From a virus (Duplodnaviria > Caudoviricetes), in the IMG/VR virus record IMGVR_UViG_3300032326_002117, positions 1-46,506 of that record: 46,506 bases of DNA; one strand, written 5' to 3'. This document shows positions 29,358 through 38,152 of this stretch, one piece after another. Below the pieces are notes generated by a model. The model saw only the letters and a program-made list of their open reading frames with translations, was not told the DNA's origin and made no database searches. Numbering within the stretch: position 1 is the stretch's first letter; each line of letters opens with the position of its first letter. The position numbers and the translations under genes were made by a program.

Positions 29358-29540
29358 TTAGTAATCGTCTCCGTCATAACCACCATAGTCTTCATCGGTT
29401 CCGAAACCAGCAGAAGCCAATGCATCAGCATCCATCCAAGATTCATCCTCATAAGGCTCACTATCCTCCTCCCAATCTCTTGGGTCGAGGTCAACGCTTG
29501 GGAAAATTCGTGCTTCCAATTCTGCTTCAGTGTAATCCAT
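29358..29540 (-). CDS. small acidic phage protein (DADALASAG.GTDEDY motif)
   Basis: AAGGAG SD; highly acidic. Confidence 0.65.
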   Translation of the reverse strand: MDYTEAELEARIFPSVDLDPRDWEEDSEPYEDESWMDADALASAGFGTDEDYGGYDGDDY

Positions 29541-29571
29541 CTCTATCTCCTTACTCCTAAAGTATATCACA

Positions 29572-29922
29572 TTATACTGCGGTGTCAACTGTATCCCAGC
29601 CAGCTGGAGCACCTTTCTTCCAATCAATTTCTTTTGTGTCATTCCAATTTGCAGGGCAATTAGATTCTACGAATAAAGCAAAGTCTGATGCCTCTTCGTC
29701 ATCCTCAAGGTAATATACCACTGCTTCGTAGTATGAACCGTAGTCGCTACCATCCTCACGCTTAATGCCAAACCAAGCACCTTCAGGAACATTAAGAAAT
29801 ATGTCCTTGAGCATCTGTACATACTTGCGAACCTCAGCTACATGAGCAGAATAATCATGCATATCCACACATTCTTCTTCGCATGGGTTTGGTCCAAGGT
29901 AAAACCAGTTCTTTTTATCCAT
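29572..29922 (-). CDS. conserved acidic hypothetical protein (leaderless)
   Basis: GP.P.EE.C ... YGSYYE.VVY motif; TATACT 6 nt before the ATG. Confidence 0.7.
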   Translation of the reverse strand: MDKKNWFYLGPNPCEEECVDMHDYSAHVAEVRKYVQMLKDIFLNVPEGAWFGIKREDGSDYGSYYEAVVYYLEDDEEASDFALFVESNCPANWNDTKEIDWKKGAPAGWDTVDTAV

Positions 29923-30011
29923 GACGTAAGTATACCATAATATACTACCTGTGCAAGAAAAATTAATTTATTTGACAAAATTATTTGGGGTGATTTTTAT
30001 ATCACCCCAAA

Positions 30012-30092
30012 AAAAGCCCAGCAATAAATTACTGAGCTTTTTCTGAAGGAGTTGGAAATGAATAACAAGTTGAAGATCAAAGGTTCAACTTG
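30012..30092 (-). ncRNA. putative anti-RBS small RNA
   Basis: TTGACA/TATACT promoter, 5' hairpin, single-stranded ATTCATTTCCAACTCCTTC, terminator. Confidence 0.5.
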
Positions 30093-30145
30093 TTAAGTAT
30101 ACCTGTTTTTCAAATAATGTCAAGGGGAATTTCTTCCCCTTGTTT

Positions 30146-30472
30146 TTAGTTTAATTTAGATGATTGGCAAATTATGCATTTACCAATAATGCCTACCTCA
30201 TCAGTACCGTATGCCTCACGGTACATATTGGTGGCAATCATATTCACTACAGGATATGCTCTAAGCAATGCCTCTTCGTCGCAAATAAGAATCAAGTCAT
30301 CCTTAAGATTTACCACTTGGATAAGTTCACAACCTAATGCTTCGTATAGGGAATCAAGCGTAAACTCACCCTTGTACTCATAGATATCTGCAAATGTCGT
30401 GATAACAAATGACTTGCCAGATTTAATCTGGTCAAGCATCACATTCAAAGCCAACAATGGAAGTCCAATCAT
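30146..30472 (-). CDS. DUF3846-family protein
   Basis: L..LY..+GC..I..V.L.....+.DEE.L.....N..AT......I.G..+. Confidence 0.7.
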   Translation of the reverse strand: MIGLPLLALNVMLDQIKSGKSFVITTFADIYEYKGEFTLDSLYEALGCELIQVVNLKDDLILICDEEALLRAYPVVNMIATNMYREAYGTDEVGIIGKCIICQSSKLN

Positions 30473-30582
30473 CGTATACCTCACTTACAGAATAAGTATA
30501 CCAGATTATATCAGCGATGCAAATTTATTTAATTATTTGACAAAAGGATCTGGGGTGATAATATTATCACCCCAAGGTACAG

Positions 30583-30837
30583 TTATTTACCGTACCAAGG
30601 AATAATTTTTTCTGAAAAAACAAAGAGCTGGACTTCATCATTGACTACTTTGTATCTCATAATGCAATAATTGCTACCGCATTGACAAAAAGGCGCCCAA
30701 GCATTCCATCCTAAACAATCAGGCAGACAGGCATCACTCTCAAAGTGATGCCATTTCTCTTCAGCCAAAAGTTCAGAATATTTCTTGAGAAATTCATGGT
30801 AGTAAGTTCTCAATCTAATTCTCCACAATTTCCACAT
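30583..30837 (-). CDS. Cys-rich hypothetical protein
   Basis: C..C.GW......C.CG motif. Confidence 0.55.
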   Translation of the reverse strand: MWKLWRIRLRTYYHEFLKKYSELLAEEKWHHFESDACLPDCLGWNAWAPFCQCGSNYCIMRYKVVNDEVQLFVFSEKIIPWYGK

Positions 30838-31120
30838 GGTCTTTAAGTCTGAACACTGGATATTCACACCAACCTGATTGATGTGATTTGCCTGTGTCTT
30901 CAAAATGTCCAGAATTCAAAACTTCTTCTTTCATGGAGCCAGCATCATTACTGTTAAAATGAAACTCTCTTGGCTCAATGTCTGTGTCTGGAAGGTTAGC
31001 TGAGATTTTTACAAGTGGCATACCATCTTGAAACAATTGGATGCCGACATGACCATTGGTATATCTACCAATCTTTGCGGTAGCCCAACCATATCTTGTA
31101 ATGAGTTCAATTTTTTGCAT
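30815..31120 (-). CDS. DUF4313-family protein
   Basis: Y.NG...IQL...G.P....+.NL ... TG....SG+C.YP.F. Confidence 0.7.
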   Translation of the reverse strand: MQKIELITRYGWATAKIGRYTNGHVGIQLFQDGMPLVKISANLPDTDIEPREFHFNSNDAGSMKEEVLNSGHFEDTGKSHQSGWCEYPVFRLKDHVEIVEN

Positions 31121-31365
31121 TATACTAACTGCTCCATGTTTTCTTTTGCTCTGTTAAAGATAGTATACCAGTCAATAGTAGCCCATGCAGAATAAAACAT
31201 ATCCCTACCATACAAATTCATGTCTTCTGGTTTGCAAGCATCTTTGATATGAAACTTAATAGATTCTTCATTGAAACCATCATTCAACATCGCTACAATT
31301 TTTTCCATATGAAGAACATTGACAGACCAAGTGGCCTGATTCTTCCAGCCGTTGTAATCATCCAT
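31120..31365 (-). CDS. conserved phage protein (YNGW.N..TW motif; leaderless)
   Basis: YNGWKNQATW.V ... IDW. Confidence 0.7.
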   Translation of the reverse strand: MDDYNGWKNQATWSVNVLHMEKIVAMLNDGFNEESIKFHIKDACKPEDMNLYGRDMFYSAWATIDWYTIFNRAKENMEQLV

Positions 31366-31496
31366 GACGTAAGTATATCACAATATACCAGCATTGCTAC
31401 AAATATTTAATTATTTGACAAAATATTCTGGGGTGGTATTATTACCACCCCAAGTGCTAAGCTATAAATAAAAAACTCCCATTTCTGGGAGCTACT

Positions 31497-31841
31497 TTAC
31501 TTTGCGTAGTCAGTGCTTTGGAACGTTGACTGCTTGAACATATCTGCTATCTTGTAAGCCTCCGAAAGAAAAGCATAGATAGCACTTGAAAGAACCAAAA
31601 AACTGGTTTGGTTATGCAAAAGTTCTTTTGGTGGTATTTGGTAACACTGTTCATTTGCATCATTGAGAAATGTATAGACTGTGCCTGAAATCAGTGTCTC
31701 GGTTTTGTTATATAGAACATGGATTTGTCCAAAATCATGTGTAATAACTAATACTAAATCTTCAGTGGCAAAAGAGTCAATTGATTCCTTAACAAATGTT
31801 TCAGTGTCATAAATAAACTTTGCATTACTACTATAGTTCAT
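31497..31841 (-). CDS. hypothetical protein
   Basis: TAATG coupling. Confidence 0.6.
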   Translation of the reverse strand: MNYSSNAKFIYDTETFVKESIDSFATEDLVLVITHDFGQIHVLYNKTETLISGTVYTFLNDANEQCYQIPPKELLHNQTSFLVLSSAIYAFLSEAYKIADMFKQSTFQSTDYAK

Positions 31842-32155
31842 TAGATTACTCTTCTCTTTTCATTCTCATCTGCGTTACTTATCATACAGCATAAAAAATA
31901 ATAAAACAATACTGCAAAACAAGCAAGCATACCATTACTAAACAGCCAATATGCGGTTTTGCCATCACCTGTAAAAATCCACTCAAACAAACCATACACC
32001 AATGAAAGCGGAGTAGCACAAGCAAGAATGGTAAGAATGTTTTTCAATACTTTTAGGCCTGTTGTGGTGTAAAGTCTCATATGTGCAAAAAAAGCAAGCA
32101 ATCCACCGCCCCAAACAACTACATACAACAAACGATTAACCATATCTAAAGTCAT
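31841..32155 (-). CDS. three-TM membrane protein
   Basis: GGAGG SD; three hydrophobic segments. Confidence 0.65.
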   Translation of the reverse strand: MTLDMVNRLLYVVVWGGGLLAFFAHMRLYTTTGLKVLKNILTILACATPLSLVYGLFEWIFTGDGKTAYWLFSNGMLACFAVLFYYFLCCMISNADENEKRRVI

Positions 32156-32367
32156 CCTGCAACCTCCCAATTTTCCGCCAAAACATCTTCTGTTTTTAAA
32201 GTATAATATGCCCAGTTAATAATATCGCCTGTTGTAAAAATGATTTTGAATTTCAATCGCTCATCTTCTAACTTAACAAAAACGACAGTATTTTTGTCAT
32301 TATAAGGCTTTGTTCTTGTGATAGTCTTACCATCACGGAGCATTGGCAATACCTGTTCAAGTTTCAT
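32152..32367 (-). CDS. DUF2829/Tad2-like small protein (candidate signalling-nucleotide sponge)
   Basis: M.LEQ.L..LRDGK.I.R ... EDVLAENWEV matches the family's terminal motifs. Confidence 0.55.
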   Translation of the reverse strand: MKLEQVLPMLRDGKTITRTKPYNDKNTVVFVKLEDERLKFKIIFTTGDIINWAYYTLKTEDVLAENWEVAG

Positions 32368-32492
32368 GATTAGAGTATACCATAATATACTAACCTCGCA
32401 AGAAAAATTAATTTATTTGACAAAGAAAAATGGGGTGGTTTAAGTACCACCCCAAAAAGAAAACCCCAAGATAAATTTCCTGGGGTTTTATA

Positions 32493-32753
32493 TTATGCTT
32501 CTACGTTTACATACTTGGCTTCGGGATACCAGTGTTGAACCATCATGACAGCTTCTTTTGGTTCCTGATCATCAAGATTATTTACAAAGTCTTTCAACAA
32601 TGTAAAGAACTTGTATCTGGACACCAATGTCAATGCAGTGTTTTCATCACCTGTAGTGAACTTTTCCAAAAACTGTTCCTGTTCATCATCACCTAACTCA
32701 ATACTTTCAAAGATGTATGAAGCATTCCAATAGCCAATAGTCTCAACCGCCAT
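32493..32753 (-). CDS. hypothetical protein
   Basis: GAGGTG SD; 86 aa. Confidence 0.65.
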   Translation of the reverse strand: MAVETIGYWNASYIFESIELGDDEQEQFLEKFTTGDENTALTLVSRYKFFTLLKDFVNNLDDQEPKEAVMMVQHWYPEAKYVNVEA

Positions 32754-32842
32754 TATTTCACCTCAACTTTCTTTGCTAACATCCCAACTGCGATAGACAA
32801 CAACGCCAAAGTTACAAGCACAGACATCACAATACTATCCAT
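32753..32842 (-). CDS. 29-aa single-TM peptide (not in ORF track)
   Basis: MDSIVMSVLVTLALLSIAVGMLAKKVEVK; TAATG coupling on both sides; GAGGAGG SD. Confidence 0.6.
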   Translation of the reverse strand: MDSIVMSVLVTLALLSIAVGMLAKKVEVK

Positions 32843-33060
32843 TACTTTGCCTCCTCTGCAAACGGGTCACCAATCTCATCCTGTTCATCAAAAGCCTTGC
32901 CAATCGCTTCCAACTCTGCATCAAGATTTGCAAGGTCTTCAGTAATCCATGCCAGTCTTTGCTCTGGTGTTGCAATCTCTACCGAAAGAGAGGCTGAAAC
33001 TTGGCACTTGAATGCCGTCTTTGCTACTTCGCACTTGATAATGTAATCTTGATATGTCAT
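32842..33060 (-). CDS. hypothetical protein
   Basis: SD and promoter downstream of palindrome 33141. Confidence 0.65.
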   Translation of the reverse strand: MTYQDYIIKCEVAKTAFKCQVSASLSVEIATPEQRLAWITEDLANLDAELEAIGKAFDEQDEIGDPFAEEAK

Positions 33061-33204
33061 CGTCCTATCCCCTTACACTTAGTAGTATACCACAATATAC
33101 TACCCTTGCAAGAAAAATTAATTTATTTGACAAAAGGATCTGGGGTGATAATATTATCACCCCAAAACAAACAAACCCCCAAGAAAATTCTTAGGGGGTT
33201 TATC

Positions 33205-33502
33205 TGATGGTTACACTATAGAGGATTGATTTGTGGTTAGCTGGACTTCAACCAGTACGGAACACAAGGGCAGTTCTTTCGATGGTCTCTGCCTCCGATG
33301 TTATCCTTGTCCTAAAAGGAGCATGATACCCAACCACAAATCATTATACTTGGAGATATTGTTTGCGTCAATAGTCTCCAAGGTTTCAGTAAAAGATTGT
33401 GGACTAAACCACTCCAAGGTTGCTACCCTTATTTGGACTACGCAATTAGTCCGAGCCGTTCTGGTCTTTTACTGGATGAAGGTTGCTAATTACTTCAACC
33501 TT
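33205..33502 (-). ncRNA. putative ~300-nt multi-stem structured RNA
   Basis: Stems 33228-33240/33330-33342, 33349-33361/33369-33382, 33387-33396/33465-33474, 33479-33502 plus nested hairpins; lies before terminator 33173-33201. Confidence 0.6.
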
Positions 33503-33971
33503 ACTTTGTTATGATACTGGCAAAATCTTCGTTTGTCAAGGAGTAGACTGGAAGAAATTCCTTAACTAATTTCCATCCTTCTTCTTCATGCGCAAAATCT
33601 AAGACCAGCCAATTACCAGCGTTGTAAAGATAATAAAAGTCAGCCATTGTAGAATAGAAAGGTTTCATCCATTCATCCAGAGTGACAACCCCAGCACTGA
33701 CTTCTGATGAATCCTCTCCACGGTCTCTGCCATATGCTACACATACATAGGCTTGAGGCTTATCGAAAGAATGTTCACCAGTAGGATTGAGATTTTGAGC
33801 CAATTGTGAAAGGTCACCAAGCTCTAACAGTGCATCAATATTTTCTTCAGTGTCATAATACTCTACAAGAGTTTCGCCTACACCACCCTCAATATATCCA
33901 TCCCAATGACAGTAAATTTGTTTGATTGTGCCATCAGGTAACATTTTGCCGATTCTTGAATTGGTTGCCAT
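33501..33971 (-). CDS. conserved phage protein (YCHWDGY motif)
   Basis: MAT.S.IG....DG....IYCHWDGY...VG..L...Y, LGDLS.L, AYGRDRGE. Confidence 0.75.
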   Translation of the reverse strand: MATNSRIGKMLPDGTIKQIYCHWDGYIEGGVGETLVEYYDTEENIDALLELGDLSQLAQNLNPTGEHSFDKPQAYVCVAYGRDRGEDSSEVSAGVVTLDEWMKPFYSTMADFYYLYNAGNWLVLDFAHEEEGWKLVKEFLPVYSLTNEDFASIITK

Positions 33972-33998
33972 GATTGTTCTCCGTTATATTATATCAGG

Positions 33999-34253
33999 TT
34001 ATTTCCACATATTTTTAGGCTTGGTAGACCTTTCACCGGGCATATAGAATTTCTTAATCTTATTCTTATTGTATGTCCAGCGTCCAACCAATTCGCCTAA
34101 GGGATTTTCATCAGTAGCCTTGTAAATAGCAAAATACCAGCCTTCAAGCGCATATTTTTTAGCACTTTCCTTAGCCTGAATCAAAGTGGTACAAGGCGAC
34201 AAAGATTTGGTTTTTTCCCAAGTCTCACCGATAACGATTCTGTATAGTGTCAT
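33999..34253 (-). CDS. hypothetical protein (leaderless)
   Basis: TATACT 6 nt before the ATG. Confidence 0.65.
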   Translation of the reverse strand: MTLYRIVIGETWEKTKSLSPCTTLIQAKESAKKYALEGWYFAIYKATDENPLGELVGRWTYNKNKIKKFYMPGERSTKPKNMWK

Positions 34254-34383
34254 AGGTTAAGTATATCAGTTTATACCAGATATGCAAGGAAATTTATTTT
34301 ATTTGACATAAAAAAATGGGGTGGTAGTTGTACCACCCCAAAATCCTGCCAACAATATAAATTATTAGCAGGATAGAATTTTT

Positions 34384-34620
34384 TTAATTTACTCCAGTTT
34401 CCAGTCTGACGGAATATGATTTGTTTTTAGCCCACTGCATTCCAAACAAATCAAAAATTCCAATTACTAATAATGCAATATGCCATTCTTCAAACTGACT
34501 ATGAATATCAATCACACTGCCAAAAGTAAATTTGGTATTTTCATAAATGATTGAAAACATCAGAGCTGCAACAAAAACCTGAACATACAAACATAACTTT
34601 TCATAACTCTTTAACTTCAT
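34384..34620 (-). CDS. two-TM membrane protein
   Basis: AGGAG SD; two hydrophobic segments. Confidence 0.6.
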   Translation of the reverse strand: MKLKSYEKLCLYVQVFVAALMFSIIYENTKFTFGSVIDIHSQFEEWHIALLVIGIFDLFGMQWAKNKSYSVRLETGVN

Positions 34621-34674
34621 AACTTTTCTCCTACACAGGTAGTATACCATAATATACTACCTGTGTTAATTAAT

Positions 34675-35196
34675 TTAAGGAAGATTCGCAACAAAGTCAC
34701 TGAGGAAGGAATCGTAATTTCTTTTAGAGTTATCCTTAAGAATACGCTCTATGGTCATGCGACTTTCGAGTAATTTGTAATGGGAATCATTGTTTTGTTT
34801 TTCGATGAGTTTTTCGATGGATTCTTTAAGCTCTTCTGACTTAACATAGAATGAAGCATCAATATCATCCAGTGTTGCGATAAAGTCTTCAGCAACCAAA
34901 CCACCATGTTGAGATTTCTTGCCATGAGAGAGACGAGCAACCTCAGTAACAGGAACAAGCATCCAATCAATCTTAGAATCAAGTGTGCCAATTCCAAGCA
35001 GATGAATTGCCATGTTGATAGTTTCCATCTGATTGAAGTTTTGCACAGAACTGTTAAGGTCAGTTACAGAAACTTTCAATTGATAATCTTCACCATTGTA
35101 AACAAAATATTTAATCTTGTTCTTGATAATAAGAGAGTCACCCAAAATTTCTTTGAGCGATTCAAGACCATAAGTGTTAATGCTTCGGTTTTTCAT
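34675..35196 (-). CDS. hypothetical protein
   Basis: TATAAT 6 nt before the ATG at 35196. Confidence 0.65.
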   Translation of the reverse strand: MKNRSINTYGLESLKEILGDSLIIKNKIKYFVYNGEDYQLKVSVTDLNSSVQNFNQMETINMAIHLLGIGTLDSKIDWMLVPVTEVARLSHGKKSQHGGLVAEDFIATLDDIDASFYVKSEELKESIEKLIEKQNNDSHYKLLESRMTIERILKDNSKRNYDSFLSDFVANLP

Positions 35197-35232
35197 AACT
35201 GGATTATATCTCACTTTATATCAGAACGCAAG

Positions 35233-35290
35233 AAAAAAAAGACCAGATATTTCTACCTGGTCTGGGTGAAAGACAAACTATGAGCACACT
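35233..35290 (-). ncRNA. putative anti-RBS small RNA
   Basis: TTGCAT/TATAAT promoter, short CAT-containing pyrimidine-rich seed, AGACCAG terminator; no ORF. Confidence 0.45.
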
Positions 35291-35426
35291 TATTATATCA
35301 AAATATATTTATCATGCAAATTAATTTATTTCTTTATTCTGGGGTTATAATATTATAACCCCATGAGCTGTTTCGCAAATAAAAAAATATCCCTTGACAA
35401 GTGCCAAGGGATGTGATAGTGGATTT

Positions 35427-36023
35427 TTAGTCTTTGAAGCGGTCTGCGTTGGTCTCGATGACTCGCTTGGCTTCCGCTACCGTCATGAGGTCAATCAATG
35501 CTTTTTCAATGACCTTTTCCATCTGTTCAATTTCAAAGTCACCATTCTTCGTGTAGATGGCGTTTGTGCCATATCGGGTTGTATTGAATCCCACATTGTT
35601 CTTGAAATTGTTTACCACAATATGGAAATTGCGAATGAGGTCTTCGTACACTTCATCATTGTTTGAGGAGATGAAGGTAAGGTGCGTAAAGTGTTGATTC
35701 TTGCGGTCACGGGTATTCTCATACCAGTAATTCTTGTGGAACCACTTTCGAGATGCGTCTGAACCCTTCTCGGCATGAATGCGGGTAACCAAGAGAATTG
35801 GTGTACCATTGTAAGAGAACAAGTAATCGCCTGTATGCTTGAAGTCCAAAATTCCCAAGCCACCATCAAACATATCTGCGGTAATCTTGTTTGTGCCTGT
35901 GAGAAGGCTGTTAAGTTCATTGTACTTTGTTACAAGAACACTATTCACAACAAAGAGGCTATCTTGTTGAGCCTGAGATTGAGGGGTTGTTGCACCATGA
36001 GAACCAATTTGAATACCTTGCAT
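35427..36023 (-). CDS. hypothetical protein, weak resemblance to EcoRI/MunI-type endonuclease fold
   Basis: AAGGAGG SD; FDGG ... W.HKN remnants. Confidence 0.6.
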   Translation of the reverse strand: MQGIQIGSHGATTPQSQAQQDSLFVVNSVLVTKYNELNSLLTGTNKITADMFDGGLGILDFKHTGDYLFSYNGTPILLVTRIHAEKGSDASRKWFHKNYWYENTRDRKNQHFTHLTFISSNNDEVYEDLIRNFHIVVNNFKNNVGFNTTRYGTNAIYTKNGDFEIEQMEKVIEKALIDLMTVAEAKRVIETNADRFKD

Positions 36024-36243
36024 CGTATTCCTCCTTGTTGATAGTATACCACATTATCAACCCTGTGCAAGAAAAAACTTTTTATTTGACAGGTGATTTT
36101 TGGGGTGGTAGTTGTACCACCCCAATCCAGGCTTTGTAAATAAAAAAATATTTTTTATTTTTTCTTGACAAAAACCTGGAAAGATGATAGCTGAAAAATA
36201 TATTTAAGCATCCCTTGACTTTCGTCAAGGGATGTGGTAAAGG

Positions 36244-36711
36244 TTAGGCGAATACCTCACGGTTGCGCAGAACGTTAACCAGTTTGCTGTTTTCTGCCTC
36301 AATGTCACCTCTTGAGATAAGGTTCTTAATTGCGTTTTCTGGCGTATCATCGCACAGGTTAGAATGAATCTCAAGGGTTGATTCAAAGATGTGGAGGTAT
36401 TGTAACTGGAACATATACAGTTGATTATGGGTACGCTGTTCCATTGTTTCATGGTAAGGGAGGGAGTAGCGTCGGTCTTCAAAGTCATTCCGCAGTTTAG
36501 CATATGCAATTGCCTGTCCGACAGACTTGAAGGTCTCTAAAGCCCAAAGGAAGGTATCGACAATGCCTTCGTATGCAAAAACATACAGTTCGCTTGAATT
36601 CCAAGCACAGGCAATACAATCCTGACCGTTGGCTGTGCGACCTACAAACAATGACTTGACCGACGATGATTGGAAATTCTTGATTTCCCAGAGGTGCATA
36701 GTGTTTTCCAT
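36244..36711 (-). CDS. KTSC-like domain protein (leaderless)
   Basis: SSSVKS.......WNS...Y.+....+..AL....SVG; TATATT 6 nt before the ATG at 36711. Confidence 0.5.
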   Translation of the reverse strand: MENTMHLWEIKNFQSSSVKSLFVGRTANGQDCIACAWNSSELYVFAYEGIVDTFLWALETFKSVGQAIAYAKLRNDFEDRRYSLPYHETMEQRTHNQLYMFQLQYLHIFESTLEIHSNLCDDTPENAIKNLISRGDIEAENSKLVNVLRNREVFA

Positions 36712-36938
36712 GACTACAATATACCACCTTATACCAGCAGTTTGCAAGTAATTAGGTGTGAAAAAATACACTAAAAATAAATTTGACAAACTGAAAAAAA
36801 TGTGATAGGAAAATAAAAAAATATTTAATTTGACAAATTTTTCTGGGGTGGTATTTGTACCACCCCAATTGAAGCTTTGCAAAATAAAAAAATAAATTAT
36901 AATATCCCTTGACATCTGCCAAGGGATATGGTAGCTGT

Positions 36939-37133
36939 CTACTCTGCGTATATTTCAAGTTTATTTGTTTCAGGAATATACGTTATTTCAAATTCATCAT
37001 TGTTGATGAAATCTGCAATTTTTGCATTAAACTCTTCTTCAGTCATACCTTCGGCATAACCAAGGTCAGACATGGAGAGTTCCCAGAAGCGGTTGGTAGA
37101 AAAGGTAAGTTCTACAGTAGTGTTCTTGTTCAT
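36939..37133 (-). CDS. hypothetical protein (leaderless)
   Basis: TTGACA..TAATAT shortly before the ATG. Confidence 0.6.
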   Translation of the reverse strand: MNKNTTVELTFSTNRFWELSMSDLGYAEGMTEEEFNAKIADFINNDEFEITYIPETNKLEIYAE

Positions 37134-37239
37134 GTCTATATATTACGGTATAAAGTGGTATGTTGTCAAATTTATTATTGTAAGAACTATTAACTAATTA
37201 GCCCTTGCATCTGAATGTATAAAGTGGTATATTATGTAC

Positions 37240-37434
37240 ATGAACGAAATGCAAAGAGACACATCCTATACCTATAGCATTGAAGCCGGTATGCAAAAAG
37301 CATATGTGATAATTCTCCACAGAATCATCAAAAACAGCATCAAGAATAAATTTGTTCTTGCTGAAGCAGACCGCATACTTGAAGAATCAAACACTGCCTA
37401 TGAACGTGCAAAGGCTAAAGCAATGGAGATGTAG
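37240..37434 (+). CDS. hypothetical protein (leaderless)
   Basis: TTGCAT..TGGTATATT 6 nt before the ATG. Confidence 0.6.
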   Translation: MNEMQRDTSYTYSIEAGMQKAYVIILHRIIKNSIKNKFVLAEADRILEESNTAYERAKAKAMEM

Positions 37435-37561
37435 GCTCTATCATATAACCAGAGTTTTGTCAAGTAAAAAAAATATTTTATTTGATAAAATTCTGGGGTG
37501 GTTTGTGTACCACCCCAAATCCCCTAATGCAATATAAAATTACATTAGGGGATTTTATTTA

Positions 37562-37708
37562 TTAAGGTTGAAGTATGTAACCTACTAAACCATAACGACG
37601 TAGACAATGTGTAATTCCTGCCATGGAATTCGTTGTTGCCAATAGCTCACCATTTGGGTGATATAACTCATACAGCATATTTCTGTATTTGACTGTGCCT
37701 GTTTTCAT
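37562..37708 (-). CDS. 48-aa hypothetical protein (not in ORF track)
   Basis: TGATATAAT upstream; MKTGTVKY...LQP; terminator follows. Confidence 0.5.
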   Translation of the reverse strand: MKTGTVKYRNMLYELYHPNGELLATTNSMAGITHCLRRYGLVGYILQP

Positions 37709-37736
37709 AACAGGCACATTATATCATTTTAGAATG

Positions 37737-37940
37737 TTACTTGGCAACAATTCCCCTTTGTGTATAGAATTTACTACCATCATTGAGAATCCATTCTGTG
37801 TTATATTGGCGAGCATACTTCTCGCCCAATTCTTGTGCATTGCTACCAGATGCAAGCAACAATCCATTCCGAAACGCAGAGAATTTCATCTTTGGCATAT
37901 TGGTGACAAAGGTAACAATAATCTTGTCTGTAGTGTTCAT
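37737..37940 (-). CDS. hypothetical protein (leaderless)
   Basis: GTGGTATACT 6 nt before the ATG at 37940. Confidence 0.55.
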   Translation of the reverse strand: MNTTDKIIVTFVTNMPKMKFSAFRNGLLLASGSNAQELGEKYARQYNTEWILNDGSKFYTQRGIVAK

Positions 37941-38033
37941 GTCAATAGTATACCACAATATACCACCTTGACAAATTAAAATAATTTGCTGTGGATCCAT
38001 GGCAATCTTTATATAAGATGGTATACTTAAGCC

Positions 38034-38117
38034 ATGAACATAATCATCTCCATTATCGGCATCATCTTGAGTGCTATTCTTTTGTTGGCTACCATCACAA
38101 TCAACAAAGAAAAGTAA
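38034..38117 (+). CDS. 27-aa single-TM peptide (not in ORF track)
   Basis: TGGTATACT 6 nt before the ATG; MNIIISIIGIILSAILLLATITINKEK. Confidence 0.55.
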   Translation: MNIIISIIGIILSAILLLATITINKEK

Positions 38118-38152
38118 TTTGCAAAGTCTATATAAGGTGGTATACTTAATCC

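Noticed and set aside
33233-33514. 93-aa plus-strand ORF
   Set aside because: Opposes local transcription, has no promoter that I can see, and overlaps the structured RNA candidate.
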